A stretch of DNA of 64,000 nucleotides from Porphyridium purpureum (lineage: Eukaryota): NCBI GenBank assembly GCA_008690995.1, contig VRMN01000001.1, positions 1,054,001 to 1,118,000 on the forward strand. Direction: 5' to 3'. A model generated the notes under the pieces. That model was not told the origin of the DNA, searched no databases, and saw only the letters and a list, made by a program, of their open reading frames with translations. This document shows, one piece after another, positions 62,765-64,000 of the stretch. The stretch's first letter is position 1. Each line of letters opens with the position of its first letter. The position numbers and the translations under genes are program-made.

Positions 62765-64000
62765 ATGAGTGCGTCGTTTGTATGGCACGGACTGTCTAGT
62801 CGCGACAGGTGGGTTCGTGGAGACCAACGCTTGGGCGCGCGGTGCGCACACGAGCGCCTGGAAGCCACGAGGCCGCGGCTTGACACGCGCACGGTCAGCA
62901 AGAGCGGCGCCTTGAGAAAGCGCGGCGTCGTATGTGAGCAGGATCGCAGGCTCGAGGAGGAGCTAGCAGACTTTTGCGCGAAAAATGGACTCACGCAGGG
63001 AGTCATGCCAACAGAACGCCAGCTGCGCGGCTTCCGCGCAGGAAAGGAGCTGATGACACAGGTGCGCGACCGCGGGGGCGCGGCGATCGTAGCACAGAGG
63101 CTGCGCTGGAGGTGGACCGTGCGAGACAAGGAGGTTTTTCCACACACTTTTGAGCAGCTACTGATTGAGCTACGCGCGCTCCTTGTGAACGAAATGAACA
63201 TGCCTGAGCCTCTGGACGGCCAGCTTTTTCCGTCCAAGAAGCATATTCGAAGCCTCAACTCATCCTTGGTCGCACGCATTGAGTCTCTTCCGGGTAGCTC
63301 TTCAGAAACGTGGAACAGATTGGCGAGTAGTTTGCAAATGCGCCGCTTTGGTCCGGTGGCCTGTTCGATAGTCGGGGCGTCGTCCGTTGCAGAAGACCAG
63401 CAGGAGGCGAAACAGAGAAGGAAGCCAGCTCAAGCTTTGCTCGCAAGTCGACAGCCTGCCGCGTTCCGGGCAGTCTTGTTCAACGTGTTGAAGCAGCATC
63501 CGCGGTGGGTGCTCCCTGAACACGTGGGGCAAGGGCACGTGCCGCACGGAAACATGCGTGTACTTCTACGACCGTCAGATATTAGACGTGCGAAATCGCG
63601 CGCTCTTTTAGTAGAGCTACACGCCTGCGGCTATGAGCAAATGGCCGATTCATTGCACATGATGTACCATCGAGACTTCAAGTATTTATTCAGATTGCTA
63701 TGGGTTATATGCGAGCTGTCGCGACTAGTCAGAAGAACTTCGCATGCCGAGCACAGTAACACAGAGAACCAAATACCAAACCTTACGGAGATCAAGCTGC
63801 GCGCGCCGTCGGGTGCGCGGCTGGTTGCAGAGTTGAAGCGGCTGGGAGGTATCCGTTCCGTCTGTGCACGACTCGGGCTCCATTCCTCGCTGGAGATCAG
63901 AGAGCCCTCACGTGGTGGCTCATCCGGTTCTTGTGCCTCGTCTTTACATTGGGGACCACTGGGCCTCGATCTTGGGCGCGACATTCTCGTTGCGTCGCTG
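62765..64000 (+). CDS. 3'-partial, putatively plastid-targeted protein with helical repeats resembling the PTST2/PTST3 N-terminal motif
   Basis: Hand-translated 412 open codons from ATG 62765: MSASFVW...; LEEELADFCAKNG..MPTERQL..GKELMTQVRDRGG..VAQRL; FPSKKHI; IPNLTEI..LVAELKRLGGIRSVCARLGL. Absent from the ORF track because it has no stop in the window. Confidence 0.75.
   Translation, partial: MSASFVWHGLSSRDRWVRGDQRLGARCAHERLEATRPRLDTRTVSKSGALRKRGVVCEQDRRLEEELADFCAKNGLTQGVMPTERQLRGFRAGKELMTQVRDRGGAAIVAQRLRWRWTVRDKEVFPHTFEQLLIELRALLVNEMNMPEPLDGQLFPSKKHIRSLNSSLVARIESLPGSSSETWNRLASSLQMRRFGPVACSIVGASSVAEDQQEAKQRRKPAQALLASRQPAAFRAVLFNVLKQHPRWVLPEHVGQGHVPHGNMRVLLRPSDIRRAKSRALLVELHACGYEQMADSLHMMYHRDFKYLFRLLWVICELSRLVRRTSHAEHSNTENQIPNLTEIKLRAPSGARLVAELKRLGGIRSVCARLGLHSSLEIREPSRGGSSGSCASSLHWGPLGLDLGRDILVASL

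Overview
Eukaryotic nuclear DNA: gene-dense, moderately GC-rich and nearly intron-free, with about 32 protein-coding genes in 64 kb. The architecture, plastid transit-peptide-like N-termini and gene families suggest a unicellular red alga such as Porphyridium (inference, not verified). Housekeeping genes include NMT1, RPL13A, RPS12, PWP2, NAA35, ZUP1, TRAPPC1, RNASEH2A, CTR9, a 3R-MYB, calmodulin, a choline/ethanolamine phosphotransferase, a p24 protein and AIP1. The top candidate for a novel system is a convergent pair of bacterial-type genes: a ThuA-like protein and a WrbA-type flavodoxin fused to an ABM/YgiN-like domain, possibly a one-polypeptide quinone redox cycle. Also notable: a GT7-ricin-GT7 glycosyltransferase, tandem GT90 paralogues, a CaaX-tailed ZFAND1-like protein, a SET-less PHD protein with MLL5/Set3-like motifs, and a cyanobacterial-type RimI. 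Three gene models are missed or truncated by the ORF track: a spliced Pkr1-like gene, a spliced ZNF207-like gene, and a repeat protein running off the right edge. No rRNA, tRNA, CRISPR array or intact transposon was recognised. All family calls come from motif recognition by eye; no searches were run.
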